Assembly: GCF_018977255.1 (NCBI RefSeq)
Contig: NW_024704742.1
Coordinates: 27,468,001 to 27,532,000, forward strand
DNA length: 64,000 nucleotides
Direction of reading: 5' to 3'
DNA from: Callorhinchus milii
Taxonomy: Eukaryota
This document shows positions 36,270 through 49,014 of this stretch, in pieces (the stretch's first letter is position 1; every line of letters starts with the position of its first letter). The notes beneath the pieces were generated by a model. It saw nothing but the letters and a program-made list of their open reading frames with translations, was not told where the DNA came from and did no database searches. The position numbers and the translations under genes were made by a program.

Positions 36270-39200
36270 GGAATGAATTGGAATGACACACCAACCAACG
36301 TAGCTCATCGGCAGGACATGGAAAGTAGATGGATCCTTCCCAATCGGCTTCTGTTAATCCTGGAAGCCAAAGCCCAAATGGGCAGTGTGGTCCTAGCTGG
36401 ACCAGAGTACAGTTCCTTAGAACCGAAGAGGTTAAGGGATAATCTGGTTGGAGTGTTTAAAATAATGACAGTGGCAAGCTCTTCCATCTGGCAGAGGATT
36501 CAAAAGGAAGGGACATTTCCTTAATATTAGAGCCAGAACAACAACAACAAATTACATTTGTATAGCGCCTTTCATGTCAGGAGGACATCCCACTGTCCCA
36601 GAAAACTGTTGAAGCAGAATTGATTAGGATGTTTAAAAGAGAAATACTCTATATACTTGGCAAGTAAGGTTATTAAGGGGTCTGGGGAAAAGATGTGAAC
36701 ATGAAATTTAAAGATTCACAATGATTTAAAAAAAACTAGCTCAACAGGCTGAATGGCATCATTTGTTCCTCTGAAAACAATGGGGCTGAAGTACTTATTA
36801 ACGCATTTTCTTTATGACTTGTGCCTACAAGAGCCAAGTAAATGTTATTCACATTATTCACAGTTGTATATCAGTACATTTTTACAGAATGAAAGATGTG
36901 CAATGCCTCCTGGAGACTATATTTATTTTAACTGAGACTATTTTCACAAGTAGATGGCTAACTGAAGTCTCTTGCTGTTTTGGATTGCTTTGAACTGTCA
37001 GGATTTGTTCATGTTCATGTGTGATGTGATTTTTATTTTAGTTATGTGAATTTTGTTTTCTGGGCTCGTTGTATTGTGGGTATAAATGCCAACAAAGTCC
37101 ATTAAAAGGATGACCGATTTAGCCTATACCATTGTTCACCTGAAGCATTATTTACAGTTGCAGGCTGACTCGTAGAAAGTAAACAATCAAGAATTGCAGC
37201 AAGTTGCTGAGGGGTTGCAGCTGCTTTTTTTAAAAAATTTAAATAAACTCCTTGTGAGTTTATTTTAAAATGTTGCAACCAAACAGTCAACCAACTGATT
37301 TGTTCAGAGGTTGGCACCTGATTTGTTTGGAAGCATTTTAGAGGTGAGAAATGAGAAATACATTTGCAAAGCAGGCAGAAATTCAAACACACGTTTAAGG
37401 GAAACCTTTGCACTATTACCAAGAAAGCAGGTCAGCTTCCCAGACTAAACATTGGCCAATCTCTGGGTCATCAGGATACAGGAAGTGACATTAATGTAAT
37501 CTGATGACCTGGAAGTTGACCATTTTTTAGTGTGTGAGAAAACCAGCAAGACAATGTGATTTGAAGCTAGCCGGATAGCATTTTGTTCTTATTTTGTATT
37601 TTATATGAATTAACTCAAAGGGCCCACACCCCAATCTTGCCATAAGCAAACCCATGTTGTAATGAACCATGTTACAATGGGCTTCCACTGGAATTTCATT
37701 GTGGTATAAGCAGACTTTAAATCATGCTTTCAGTTTGGTTTTCTGCAGTTGCTTTCAATATTACATCCACGTCGGCAAATAAAATGAACAGTGGCAATGC
37801 TTTCTGTTCCTTTGCTCAATACTGATACCTCAAATCGTACTTGAAACAGTTCAGATAAGATGAGTTTTTAATGGACCAAATTATCATATCCTTGCCACTT
37901 GACAAGTTGGCGCAGTTTAATAAGCTTTTATAGCCTTCTGCTCAAAGGTTCACTGTGAATTAGGACTGACACTGTGCAAATCATAGATCATGTACAAGTT
38001 ACATTATACGGGTATATAGATCATGAAAACCTTGTACTCCATATAGGATTTTCAGGAGGCGCAAGTGATTGATGGCCCCTTTTGTTTTATTGGTACACAA
38101 ATTGTTCAATTATGTTGCCAAGAATGGGTATAGGGTGTGTAGTTTTAACAGCGTTCTGCTGGATTTTCTGAGCCATCAGTGGGGAGGGAGAGAAGAGAGC
38201 AGATGGGGGAGAAAAAAGAGACGAGAGGAAAGGTTAGTCTCTCAGACAGAACTGGTAGAAAATGCTTTATGGCAAGTAATTGTTGACTCTAAAGTGGGCA
38301 GAAATTTTGAATTCCCTTTGTTGCCTTTGTGAGTGGTACAGCTAATAAATCATTTGTTTCCATTTGAGATCACAGGTTTGGACCTTTAAGCTGCTCTGGG
38401 GGGAAATCTTACAGTAGCTGCATTAGAAGTGACCAAGGTGATCATAGGTTCCCCCAAGAGCACTCTTAATGTGCCTTCAGCAGTGAGGCAATGGACGGTT
38501 GCCCTACTAAATGAAGTGCACTTTGCATGAATTGGTCATCTGGGAAAGCACAACTGCTAACTTCATTTTCATCTTACGCGGAGGTAATGTAATCAAAATA
38601 AATGACTTTAAACGGCTTTTGATTAAATTTAATTCAGTCTGAAGTAAATATTAAAAAGCTCCAAATTTAGATTCATTTTTAATTATTAATTTTAATAAAC
38701 CATTTGCACAGGCGTTGTAAAATTAGACTCCTTTTTTGCATTCTCACCACCAGAATGGCAATTATAATGTGGCACATAGTTTGTATGAGTACTGTATATA
38801 GGTGTCAACCCGGCTCAGTCAATAATACTGCCCCCTCTGAGTCGACTATTGAGGATTCAAGTCCCACGTGCGAAGTGGTTTGAAATATTCTCCTGATATA
38901 TAAGATGCTATGTCCAATACATTATATGGATAATGACCATGTAATCAAGCGCAGAAACAGAGATCAAACCCCGGGGTCTTCCCACTCTGCATAGCTCAGT
39001 TTCACACCAGCCAATGCAACACAAACTGAGCTATCGCCAGATAAGATCAGATTTTAAAAATGGAATAAAACATGTTAGTCAGTAAGTGAGGTGTGCTAGT
39101 TGTGTTATTCTTTGCCAATACTAACACATGTGTAAGGAGAAAAGATCATGAATGCCTAAAAAGCATATCACTGTTTCTTGTCTTGAAAACCAGCTGTCTC

Positions 39201-39544
39201 GATCTTTCTCCAGAGCTACAGGGGATGTTTAACATAACACGATACTTAACTTACTGCTTCCTGGGTAGTCTTGGAACATTATGGTTGTGGTGCTGCTTTG
39301 CTAAATAATTGGTTATATTCGCAAATGGGATGGGAAGCACTGATTTTAACATCCATTTAATATGCAATATTTGCAGAATGGCAAACTGTGATTTCAAATG
39401 TCATCAACATACTCAAAGAGCCACATTTGATTGTTATAGGAAGGCTTTTAGTTTAAACAGAAAATGTGTAGTTTTTAGGGGAGAAGATTCATTTTAAATC
39501 GCTATTAGAACATTTTTTCTGTGCAGATCTTTAGAATTTGGTTA

Positions 39545-39912
39545 TTGTTTTCAACGTTGTCTAAGATAACACTCCAACATATACGGAGGAGGGTTGCATT
39601 GTTGGAGGTGCCGTCCTTCAGATAAAACATTAAACTGAGGTCCGTCTGCCTGTTTGGGTGAACATTAAAGATCCCACGGTACCATTCGAAAAGAAAAGGG
39701 AGTTTCTCCTGATATCCTGGCCAACAATCCCCGAAATGAAATCAGTCACTCATGGCTCTGTTGGCTGTTTGTAGGATATTGCTGTGTGCAATTGCTTGCT
39801 GCATTTCGCCCACAAAGTACACACTTTACAGTATATCTTGTGAAGCACTTTGAGACGTCTCAAACTCATGATAAGGCATTATATCAAATGCAAGGATCAT
39901 TATTATTATATT
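39545..39912 (+). mobile_element. Deu-domain SINE with a well-preserved core
   Basis: gttggaggtgccgtccttcagataaaacattaaactgaggtccgtctgcctgtttgggtgaacattaaagatcccacgg plus the shared tail. Confidence 0.88.
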
Positions 39913-40520
39913 ATAACTTTCTTAAATAGAGGAAACAATTATTAAAATTGAGATCTGGGTAAAGTGCTACAGCTACGCAGGGTTAAAGGAGATTAGGAGT
40001 ATGAGATAAACCACAAAGTAGTGGTTGGATGTTGCCAAGTGTGGGTAATAAAAGGCTATGTGTAAGTGGTAGGAAGTCAGTCGTGCGATTCTGAGAAAGA
40101 GGTTGAGTGGGAGCATGTGTGATTAGCTTTGACTTCAATTCAGTCACAATCCCAGGAGGAGGATAAACACAGAGGAACTGATCAGGTAAAACTTTTTAAA
40201 ATGAACACAATGGGGGTTGCAGAAAACTACAACTTTACAAAAGGCTTCCCAGAGACTTGGTTTGTTTGCCCCTGTTGCTCCCTCACAATTGAAACCTGAA
40301 ATATAACGTGTTTAAAAATGTGTAGAGGGGTTTGGGAGAAGGGATTAGGAGGGGTGGATGCTCATGTGGAGTATAAACACCAGTGTGGACTAGTTGGGCC
40401 AAGGGCCCTGTTTAAGTGTCCCAGTGTTCTGTGCAACACATTCTTCCCCGGTTGAAGGGCGGATAAATGCAAGTTGTTGTTGTTGTAATTCTGTAGGTAG
40501 TGAATCTTTTACATCTAACA

Positions 40521-40790
40521 ATTATAATAATAATAATAATAATAATAATAATCCTTGCATTTGATATAGCGCTTTTCACGTCGGGAGGACGTCCCAAAGC
40601 GCTTCACAGAACACACTGCAAAGTGAATTGACTGTATATTTGTGGGCAAACGCGGCAGCCAATTGCGTACAGCAATGTCCCACAAACAGTCGTAGATTGA
40701 AAATGACCAATTTATTATTGTTTTTGGTTTTGGAGGGATTATTATTAGGCGTGTGGAGTAAGGAAACTTGCCCAAGGTTTCGCCCTGAAT
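40521..40790 (-). mobile_element. SINE family A, 5'-truncated with a long (TTA)n tail
   Basis: Reverse complement of the tail and part of the body. Confidence 0.9.
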
Positions 40791-42679
40791 GACAATGAAA
40801 GCCCATTGTCCTCGACTATCTATATTAATCAATTTTTAATAAAATGAAAGATCCGTGAAAATGGATAGTGGTGAATATTTTTAGGGTGACATTAGCCTTG
40901 TTGAGAATGTTCCGGATCATTTCACCAGGGCACTCTCCCATACAGCATCCACTTTCAAGTATTCCCTGTGCAATAAGGTTTCTCTTTTGCCATTAATTTT
41001 CACCACGTCGACTGTCTCGTCAGGTCCAGCAGCAGCAAGTTATGGAGCAAAGGTTCCCACGTTATAGCTGTCTGCTCTGGTGCTCTGTGTGGGCTTTTCA
41101 CACAGCTTTCATCTCTTCAAACTGCTTCTCAAATCCAGCATCCTTAATTGCCTTTTACCAGAGTTAAATTCATGTCGACCTGAACTGTACTGTCGGAGAT
41201 ATTCGGGGACTACAGTATTTAAGTGTTCTGGACCATTTATCATTTTCCTAAATAAGGTTTTTTTTAGTACATGCAAAGAGCTTAAAAAGAGGTTAGGTCT
41301 TCCAGTAAACCACCAAAATGAAGACGAGTATGGCAGGCACACTTAAAAGCTACACAGCCCACAACTTGTTTGGTTTGTGAGGACGCATCATTAAAGCCAC
41401 TTATCTAAAATTGTGCGTTAGCCACATTCAATATTGAAAATCATTTCAGAATTTCTCTCCTAATGACTTGGTCACCACAGGGATGGAGGGCAGCATTTGC
41501 AATCCTAGTGTGCAGCTCAGAACATAAGAATTTGCTAGTCGAAAGAAGATCAAAGTCCATCCAGTTCGCCTTCCTGGCAGTCGCATGCACATGTCATGTC
41601 TTCAACTATATACTGTATTCCGAGATATTATTTCCTAATAAAAACCTATCTAATTTGTTCTTGAAAGAAAGCTTCTGTGAGTAGAAAAGTAATGGCATCT
41701 CAGGATCCAATGGAATTAAATATTTGGAGGCGACGATACCAGTCATTTCTGACCATCTGATGAAATTCCAGTTTAACACTACAGGAAAGATCCCAGGTTT
41801 CCAAATTGGCTGATCTGATAATATATTTATATTAATAATATAAATGTACTAGTGGATTTTTGGTGAAAAAGATTAATGTATAAAGCCTTTGGAATTAAGA
41901 GAGACAAACCCCAATCTTTTGATATAAACTACAACTAGTTCAATGCCTTCTGGTGCAGAGGGGGAATGTTGATTGGGTTTTATGTCATATTGATGTGAAA
42001 ATCTCCTGAAGGATGCACAACAACTTGTATTTATACAGCGCCGCTTTTGCCTACAAAATATAGTCACTACACTTTACAGTAAATTGTATGAAGTGCTTTG
42101 AGACAGTCTTACGATATGAAAGATGCTATATCAAATGCAAGTTTTATTAAAATTATACTTTATTTGAAATACAAGTAGATGTAATAATAGAACATTTAAT
42201 ATATGAGAGGGCTGAGCTTTGGTGAGTCGAAATGTCTTCTCCAAATGCTGATTCTTGTTTGTCCCTGTGCCTCTTTTGATAAGAATAAACCATTATCTTG
42301 TTAAAAAAACTGTCAAAAACCTTTCCTGGATTCCTCATTGTTGATGACCCAGTGGATTGAAAGACACTCAATCAGAAGTGATCGGTATTATCAAAACTAT
42401 GTTCAGTCATATTTCAACACAAGTCTTGAAATATTTCACAGAAAGGAGCACAATTATGACAGAAAGCTGCATTCATCTGGTGTGAAGCAATTTACAGGCA
42501 CAGATACAATTAAACCAATCGAAAATGAGAAGCGCAGGACCTGAAGATTATAATATTTTGGTATTTAAATTAATTCATTATAAACCTGCTATCTGTAGAT
42601 GGACACCATATTCTGAGAAAACAAATAATGGGAGTTGCTTCATGTTACAAATACAATTTCAATTTATTGGTAATTTATA

Positions 42680-43137
42680 ATCCTTTGATTTAGTTTAGCA
42701 TCTTCCACTGGAGGAGGATATCCCAAAACATTTTTCAGGATATACAGTATTGTGCTGAAAAAAATGTGATTGTGTATTTTGTAGATGAACATTTATTTGC
42801 TCACAACAATGTCCCCACCAACAGCCATTGAGTGAATGACCGATTTTATTTGGGGGATTTGTTGGTCTGGAGAGCAGGAGAAACTCCTTTTGCTTTTCAA
42901 ACAGTGCCGTGGGATCTTTAACGTCCACGCAAACAGGCAGATGGGACTACAGTGAAATGTAATAATAGAACATTTAATATATGACAGCACATCCGATAAT
43001 GCAGCCCGAGCCCCACAACCTCCAGCGCTGCATTAATGTCAGCCAGAGTATAGGAGTTCAAAGTCCCATTGTCGGGCTTGAACCCCCAACCTTTTGCCTC
43101 AGAGGCCGGAGTGGCACCAACTGAGCCAGGCTGACAC
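42680..43137 (-). mobile_element. Deu-domain SINE, full length
   Basis: Reverse-complement head gtgtcagcctggctcagttggtgccac...gggttcaagccc, Deu core and tail. Confidence 0.88.
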
Positions 43138-43245
43138 ATATAATTGATCCAATTTGACACTTCTTTCTCTATATATATATATATATTCAGAAATGCTCTG
43201 CAACGCTCCCCTGCGTGAAACGAGCTATATAAGTTGTTGTTGTTA

Positions 43246-43520
43246 TTTTTGGTCAGCCGGGTGTCTGACTTTTGGTGGAAACCCATCATGATACTTTGCT
43301 TGGAATGCATACTTATTCCCCAGAGGGACGTATCCTGCTTACTTAATTCCAAAGAGTGTTGAGCAGGTTTGTAAGAATTGAGGCAAGGGGATCTCTGAGT
43401 GTGCGCTGAGTACTGCTTGAGTTTAACCAGTTAAAACTACAAAACTTGCCATTGAAAGCATTATCTGGCAAGTTTCTTGCTGCTTGTCCAGCTAGGACCA
43501 CCCTGCCCATTAGGGCTTGA
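43246..43520 (-). mobile_element. Family X copy with an internal deletion
   Basis: Terminus ggtcagccgggtgtctgac; aligns to 35925-36265. Confidence 0.75.
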
Positions 43521-43614
43521 AGAAGTCCTTACCTATCATCCATCACCTTTTACATTTTGGTCTGTACCAGATATTGCCATAAAGTGAGACCATCGCTGTC
43601 TATTTTTCTTCTTA

Positions 43615-43760
43615 CATTCCTTGCATTTGATATAGTGCCTTATCGTGTCGTTGAGACGTCTCAAAGTGCTTCACAGAATATACTGTAAACTGAATTGACT
43701 GTATTTTGTGGGCGAAAAGCGGCAGCCAATTGCGCACAGCAGTGTCCCACAAGCCGTCGT
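43615..43760 (-). mobile_element. SINE 3' module
   Basis: Reverse complement of the shared tail. Confidence 0.85.
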
Positions 43761-44244
43761 GTCTGCCAGATCAGGCATAACAAACTGAGGTTAGACAGTG
43801 GAAAATTGTTGCACAAGCTTTTGCACTTTGTTGCCACCCATCTTTCGTTCCACATTTGCTCTCTTTTTCAGGTAATTGCTATATTTAGAACAACACTGTT
43901 GTATCCTGTTGGTTCCTTCTACCCAGTCTTCCACTCAGAATTGTTAAATGAGAAACCTACGCACTGAAGTAGGTTTAGCAGAAGACATTTATAAAATCCT
44001 TTATTTGTCTCCTTATTATGCTCTCTTCGTTTTCTGTCGTGCCTATCACATTTTTCTTCAGGCCAAAAGGCAGAAGGCAGTTGTGTCATACTTCTTCTTT
44101 GGGACTACTGGTGGGGTGGGAAGTGCATATTTTCAGATATGCTGAAGGAGATAAGAGGCTGAAGATTGTGAAGGCTTCCAAATTAAGACTATATTGAGGA
44201 CTTTCCGAAAAAGTATTGCAAAACTCTAAAAGACAATAAAAATA

Positions 44245-44585
44245 ATAAAATTTATAATAATTCTTATCACATCGTTGAGACGCCTCAAAGCGCTTCAAAG
44301 AATATATTGTAACGTGGATTGACTGTGTATTTTGTGGGCAAAATGTGGCAGCCAATTGCGCACAGCAGTATCCCACAAACAGTTGTGGATTGAGTGACCA
44401 AATGTTTTTTTTTGGAGGGATTATTACCCCCAGAAATTGACTAACAACTGGGTTCCTGCTTACTGCTAGGTAAACAGAAGCTTGTGGAGTAAGAAAATTT
44501 GCCTAAGGCTTCGCCTTGCCTGGGATCGAACCAAGGTCCTCTCGCTTGCGAGGCAACTTCTCTAATAAATACACTAGAGGACTGC
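44245..44585 (-). mobile_element. SINE family A, near full length
   Basis: Reverse complement of tail, body and head (ggttcgatccc B box). Confidence 0.9.
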
Positions 44586-44845
44586 AAAATGGTCTCAAGT
44601 ATAAAAGTATGAGGATTTTGCACTTCTGATGCTGTAATGGGAAGACAATAGCATTACTATTTTGGAAGGATGAGATTGAATGTCTGACAGGTTTGTTTCA
44701 TCTCGACTTGATTGATGAGAGCATCTGATTTGGGAGGACCCAACTTTCCTGATAATTTTTCCTAAGGCTGTTTAGGTTGAGTCCATGGTCTAGTCTAAGA
44801 CAACCTCTGGATATTAATTTCAAGAAGTCTGAAAATGTGTTCTTA

Positions 44846-46465
44846 ACAACAACAACAACAAATTTCATTTATATAGCTTCCTTCACGTCGGAAAGACGTC
44901 CCAGGGCACTGACAATTGGGTGTTTTGGATCCGAGCTGGGAGTTGGCGTCAGAAGGGTAGGGAGAATGGGGGTGGGAGGGTGGCCGAGGCATGGTCGAAG
45001 AGGAAGGCCTTCAGACGGGACTTGAAGGAGGCAAGAGAGGGGGTGAGATGGAGGGTTTGTGAGATAGAGTTCCAGAGTGTGGGCAGAGATGCTGAATGTC
45101 CAACCACCAATGGAAGGGTGGAAAGTGTGGGGGATCTGAAGCAGGCCAGTGTCCATCGAGCGGAGGGTGCAGACAGGTTGCTATGGGTTTATGAGGTCGG
45201 AGAGCATAAGACGTATGAGCAGGAGTAGGCCATTTGGCTCCTCGAGCCTGCCCCACCATTTAATAAGATCATGGCTGATCTAACCTAATTCCATTTACCC
45301 GCCCTATCCCCAAATTCCTTAATCCCTCTACCCTCTAGAAATCTATCAACCTCAGTCTTGAATATGTTCAAGGACTGAGCATCCACAGCCTTCTGGGGTA
45401 GAGAATTCCACAAATGTTATCCCAAATGTTAAAAGATAGGGGGGAGCAAGACCATGGAGGGCCTTGAAGGTAAGAACGCAGCTTTTGTACTCGATTCTCT
45501 GAGGAATGTGGAGCCAGTTTAGCCGGGCAAGAACAGGGTTGATAGGTTGCCGGAGCCTGGTGCAGGAGAGACATGATCTGCAGAGTTCTGAGTAATCTGC
45601 AGATTGTAGAGGGAAGGGTTGGGAAATCCAGTGAACAGGCAGTTGGCGTAGTCAAGCCAGGACATGATGAAAGCGTAGATCAGGGTCTCAGGGGCCTGTG
45701 GTGAGAGGCAGTGGTGGAGGCGGGCAATATTGCAGGGGTGTGGAAAGGCAGAACGAATCACGGAATGAATGTGGGGTTTGAAGGAAAGCTGAGGGTCGAA
45801 AAGGACACTTGAGGTTTCAGATTGGCTCGGTGAGGTGAAGAGTGCAGCCATGAATGGTGATAGGTTCAGCGGCTGAGGTGAGGAGGCGCTGTCGGGAGCC
45901 AAATAGGAGGGACTCTGTCTTGTCAACATTGAACTGGAGCAAGTTGGCTCTGGTCCAGGACTTGATGTCAGACAGACAATTAGCCAGGGCATCAACGGTC
46001 CTGGAGTTGAGGGTGGAGGTGGCCAGATGGAGTTAGCTGTCATCCACTTACATGTGGAAATTGACTCCATGCCTGCGGATGACATCGCCAAGTGGGAGCA
46101 TGTATAGATTGAAGAAGAGGGAACCGAGGACAAAGCCCTGAGGGACACCACACGGGACAGTGCGGGGGTTAGAGGAGAAGCTGTTGGTGGCCTGAAGTGC
46201 AGACAGTGGGAAAGGTAGGATTGGAAACAGGCAAGAACAGAACCATTAGAGAGCCCTGGTTGCAGGTGGACAGAATGTCATTTGTCACTTTGACCAGGCT
46301 GTCTCCGTGCTGTGAGCAGCACGAAACCCAGATTGGAGGGGTTCATGGAGGGAACGCTGGAAGAGGAAAGAGTGAAGCTGGGAAGCGACAACTGGTTCCA
46401 TGACCTTTGATAAAAAGGGAAGGTTTGAAATGGGGCAATTGTTGGAGAACAGGGATGGATCAAGA
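44846..46465 (-). mobile_element. L2-type LINE, longest copy, with a pseudogenised RT
   Basis: PISNLPFLSKVMEPVVASQL...[23 protein letters not shown]; mutated YADD with stops; LDYANCLFTG...LQITQNSA; (TTG)n tail. Confidence 0.95.
45205..45432 (-). mobile_element. CR1-type LINE 3' end nested inside the L2
   Basis: cataagacgtatgagcaggagtaggccatttggctcctcgagcctg...gatcatggctgatct is the reverse complement of the CR1 tail seen at 63575-63705; L2 sequence resumes on both sides. Confidence 0.85.
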
Positions 46466-47477
46466 TTCTTAAGCAACCTTGTCAGATACTTGTAAAACAT
46501 CAAAAATACTGACAGAGAAAAAAAAGGATGTTTGGAGTTAAGAATGCATGGAATAGAAAAGCTATTTTTCCCATCAATGGGTGTTCCTTTTTCAATCCAT
46601 AAATAAATGTACGATGGTCTGGACAGAACAAATTTAATCTCCAGAAGGCAAGTTCTGCAAAATTTCTTTCCCCTACTCACAAGAGTCGAAAGAAATTCTG
46701 ATATATAACGATGCATTCAATTTCATTATTCAGTTAATTCCACAGCTGACATTCCCATGGCTCCAGCCACACAGAAACTGTTGTTTTCCACGAGCCATTT
46801 AATCATCACCCTATATTTATGATGCACAGGCTTTGATCTTTAATGGGTTTAAAATATACATTAGAGGAACTATTCTTATTTTTTGATGGATAACCTATTC
46901 ATTCTGCCTTTTTTTTAAAAAAAGGTTACTTATCATAATCCTTGCATATAATACAGGGCCTGTAAAGTTGATAACATCTCAAAGGGCTTCACAAAGATTC
47001 TGTGAAGTAAGGTGACCCATGTATTTTATTAATTTTGAAATATTGCACAAACGCTGAAAGGGGGGGTTGGAATATTAATGTGCACAAATATGACTCAATT
47101 AATGCTTAATATAATTCAATAACTGGTAATGAATATCAAAAGAGTTATGTTGTAAATACAAAATCTGTTCTTTATTACATGAAAAGATAATTCTGAGTTT
47201 AAATGTTAGTAGCATTCCCATAAAATTACAATATGAAATCACCGAGTATGATGCTCTGTGCATTTTACACTAAAGCACGTTTTATCCCTTTACTGTTTGA
47301 GTTTCCTAGTTCCCTCCTGAAACCCGCTGGCTTGGCTACCGATTAATTTTTCATTTCCTTTGTGTGCTTGACTCTCCACTGACTTTGTATAAAAAGGACG
47401 GTTGGTGGCCACATTCAGAGCTGATTTCAGGGACCTGCTGTGTTGGTGTGCCCAGAGAGATCGACTCCACATTTGTC

Positions 47478-47858
47478 ATGTGCAGTCCTGTAGTTCAGTG
47501 GTTACTACACTCGCCTCGCAAGCGAAAGACCTGGGTTCGATTCCCGGCAGGGCGAAAAGTTGGTTACGTTTCCTTACTCCACACGCCTGTTTACCGAGCA
47601 GTAAGTAGGAACCCGGTTGTTAGTCGATTGGCGTATCACTTTTCTGGGGGTAATAATTCCTTCAAAATAAATAATAATAATAAATTGGTCACTTCAATCC
47701 ATGATTGCTTGTGGGACACTATTGTGTGCAATTCGCTGCAGTGTTTTGCCCACAAAATATACAGTCAATTCACTTTATAGTATATTCTGTGAAGCACTTT
47801 TTGAGACTTCTCAAAGACGTGATAAGGCACGATATCAAATGCGAGGATTATTATTATG
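47478..47858 (+). mobile_element. SINE family A, full length
   Basis: gtcctgtagttcagtggtt...ctcgcctcgcaagcga...gggttcgattccc head, body and (TTA)n tail. Confidence 0.93.
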
Positions 47859-49014
47859 ATAGGGGGGAGAAGGTGTGTGTGTGTGGTGGGGGCAAGGGGG
47901 TGGTGAAGCTGCCAAGTTGGAGACAGTCAGCCAGTTCGTCAAACATTACAAAACTTTTCCATGGCATTATTTAGTAGGTGACTGAATAGATGGATATATA
48001 CTGCCAATAGGGGCAGATTCCATTAAATATCAGTGGGCTTTTAATTCTCAACACTGTCTCTCAGTCTTTACAGCTGTACATTATAAATGCAAATCCCCAA
48101 AGAGTTTAGGAATGTGCTTGTTTAAGAAAAAGGTTTGTATTCCAGTGCGGCATTAAATCTGCGGTTGAAATGCAAAGCTGTAAAAAGTCATTTGATTTGT
48201 AAAAGTAAGGCGAGGTTCTTAAGCTAATTCCGTGGTGGGAACCAGGGTTTCTATTTGGAGCCTATGAAATATGCAAGCCAATGAATATTTTTGTTAGATA
48301 AAGGCTGCTGTGTCTTTTTTTGAGAATCTTTGAAATGCCGCTTTTTTTGTCCATAAAAGATCCACAATTGATAATTTTAATGTCCCTCAATGGCTTTGGC
48401 TGTTTTATTTTCTGGCTCAAAAAAGAGGGGAACATCCATCATACAAGGAATAGAGGTGAAAAGCTTTTGCTGCAGATGGGTCTTATTCATGGCACAATAC
48501 GATGGGTTTATCTAACAGCTGGAGTACATTGCATCTGTAACAATTTGCAGATATTTTGTAATGTCTCAGCTGATGAGAACATGGTGCTAAATTGTTAATG
48601 CGAGCTATAAACAATGTTGATTTTTGTTGGCATTTTTCACAGCTTTACCAGAGATGCTCTTCATCCCATAAGCTGCAAATTTACTTAACATGAAAAACGT
48701 TGCCTTCCTCCTTGCTTTTTATTGGGATTTTTCTTGGTTCAGTCGAGACTATTTCACCTATATCCATGACCAATATTTTTGCTAGTTTACACCAGCAAGA
48801 GGTACATTAATGCTCACGAAAACATGGGCCATATTCATAATTGCCTTTGGATCTTAATTTCATTCCTATCTAAAGCCTGAGATGCATAGGATCCATTTTC
48901 AGTTTTCTGATAATAGTTTACTCAGAGCTAGATTTGCGAGATTCACTGTCCATAAATGTGTAATATAAAGTGAATTCATTTTCTTTATCTATTTAATGCA
49001 GAAGTGTAGAAAAT

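Noticed and set aside
37465..37510. Hairpin ggtcatcag...ctgatgacc as a miRNA precursor
   Set aside because: The stem is too short and the loop too large.
37652..37690. Tigger/pogo-like terminus (reverse complement cagtggaagccccattgtaac)
   Set aside because: No partner terminus or TA duplication found.
40885..40977. Open 93-nt plus-strand stretch GDISLVENVPDHFTRALSHTASTFKYSLCNK
   Set aside because: Weak acceptor and donor, and the peptide is not recognised.
40990..41030. Minus-strand CTGACGA-gac-a-gtc as a hammerhead ribozyme core
   Set aside because: It is followed by GACG rather than GAAA and no stems I and III are evident. The other CTGANGA sites checked (20299, 35818, 37501, 48570, 55394) also lack the fold.
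45519..46151. Longest ORF (210 aa) as a host gene
   Set aside because: It is frameshifted L2 ORF2; only its C-terminal part is in the RT frame and the catalytic motif is mutated.
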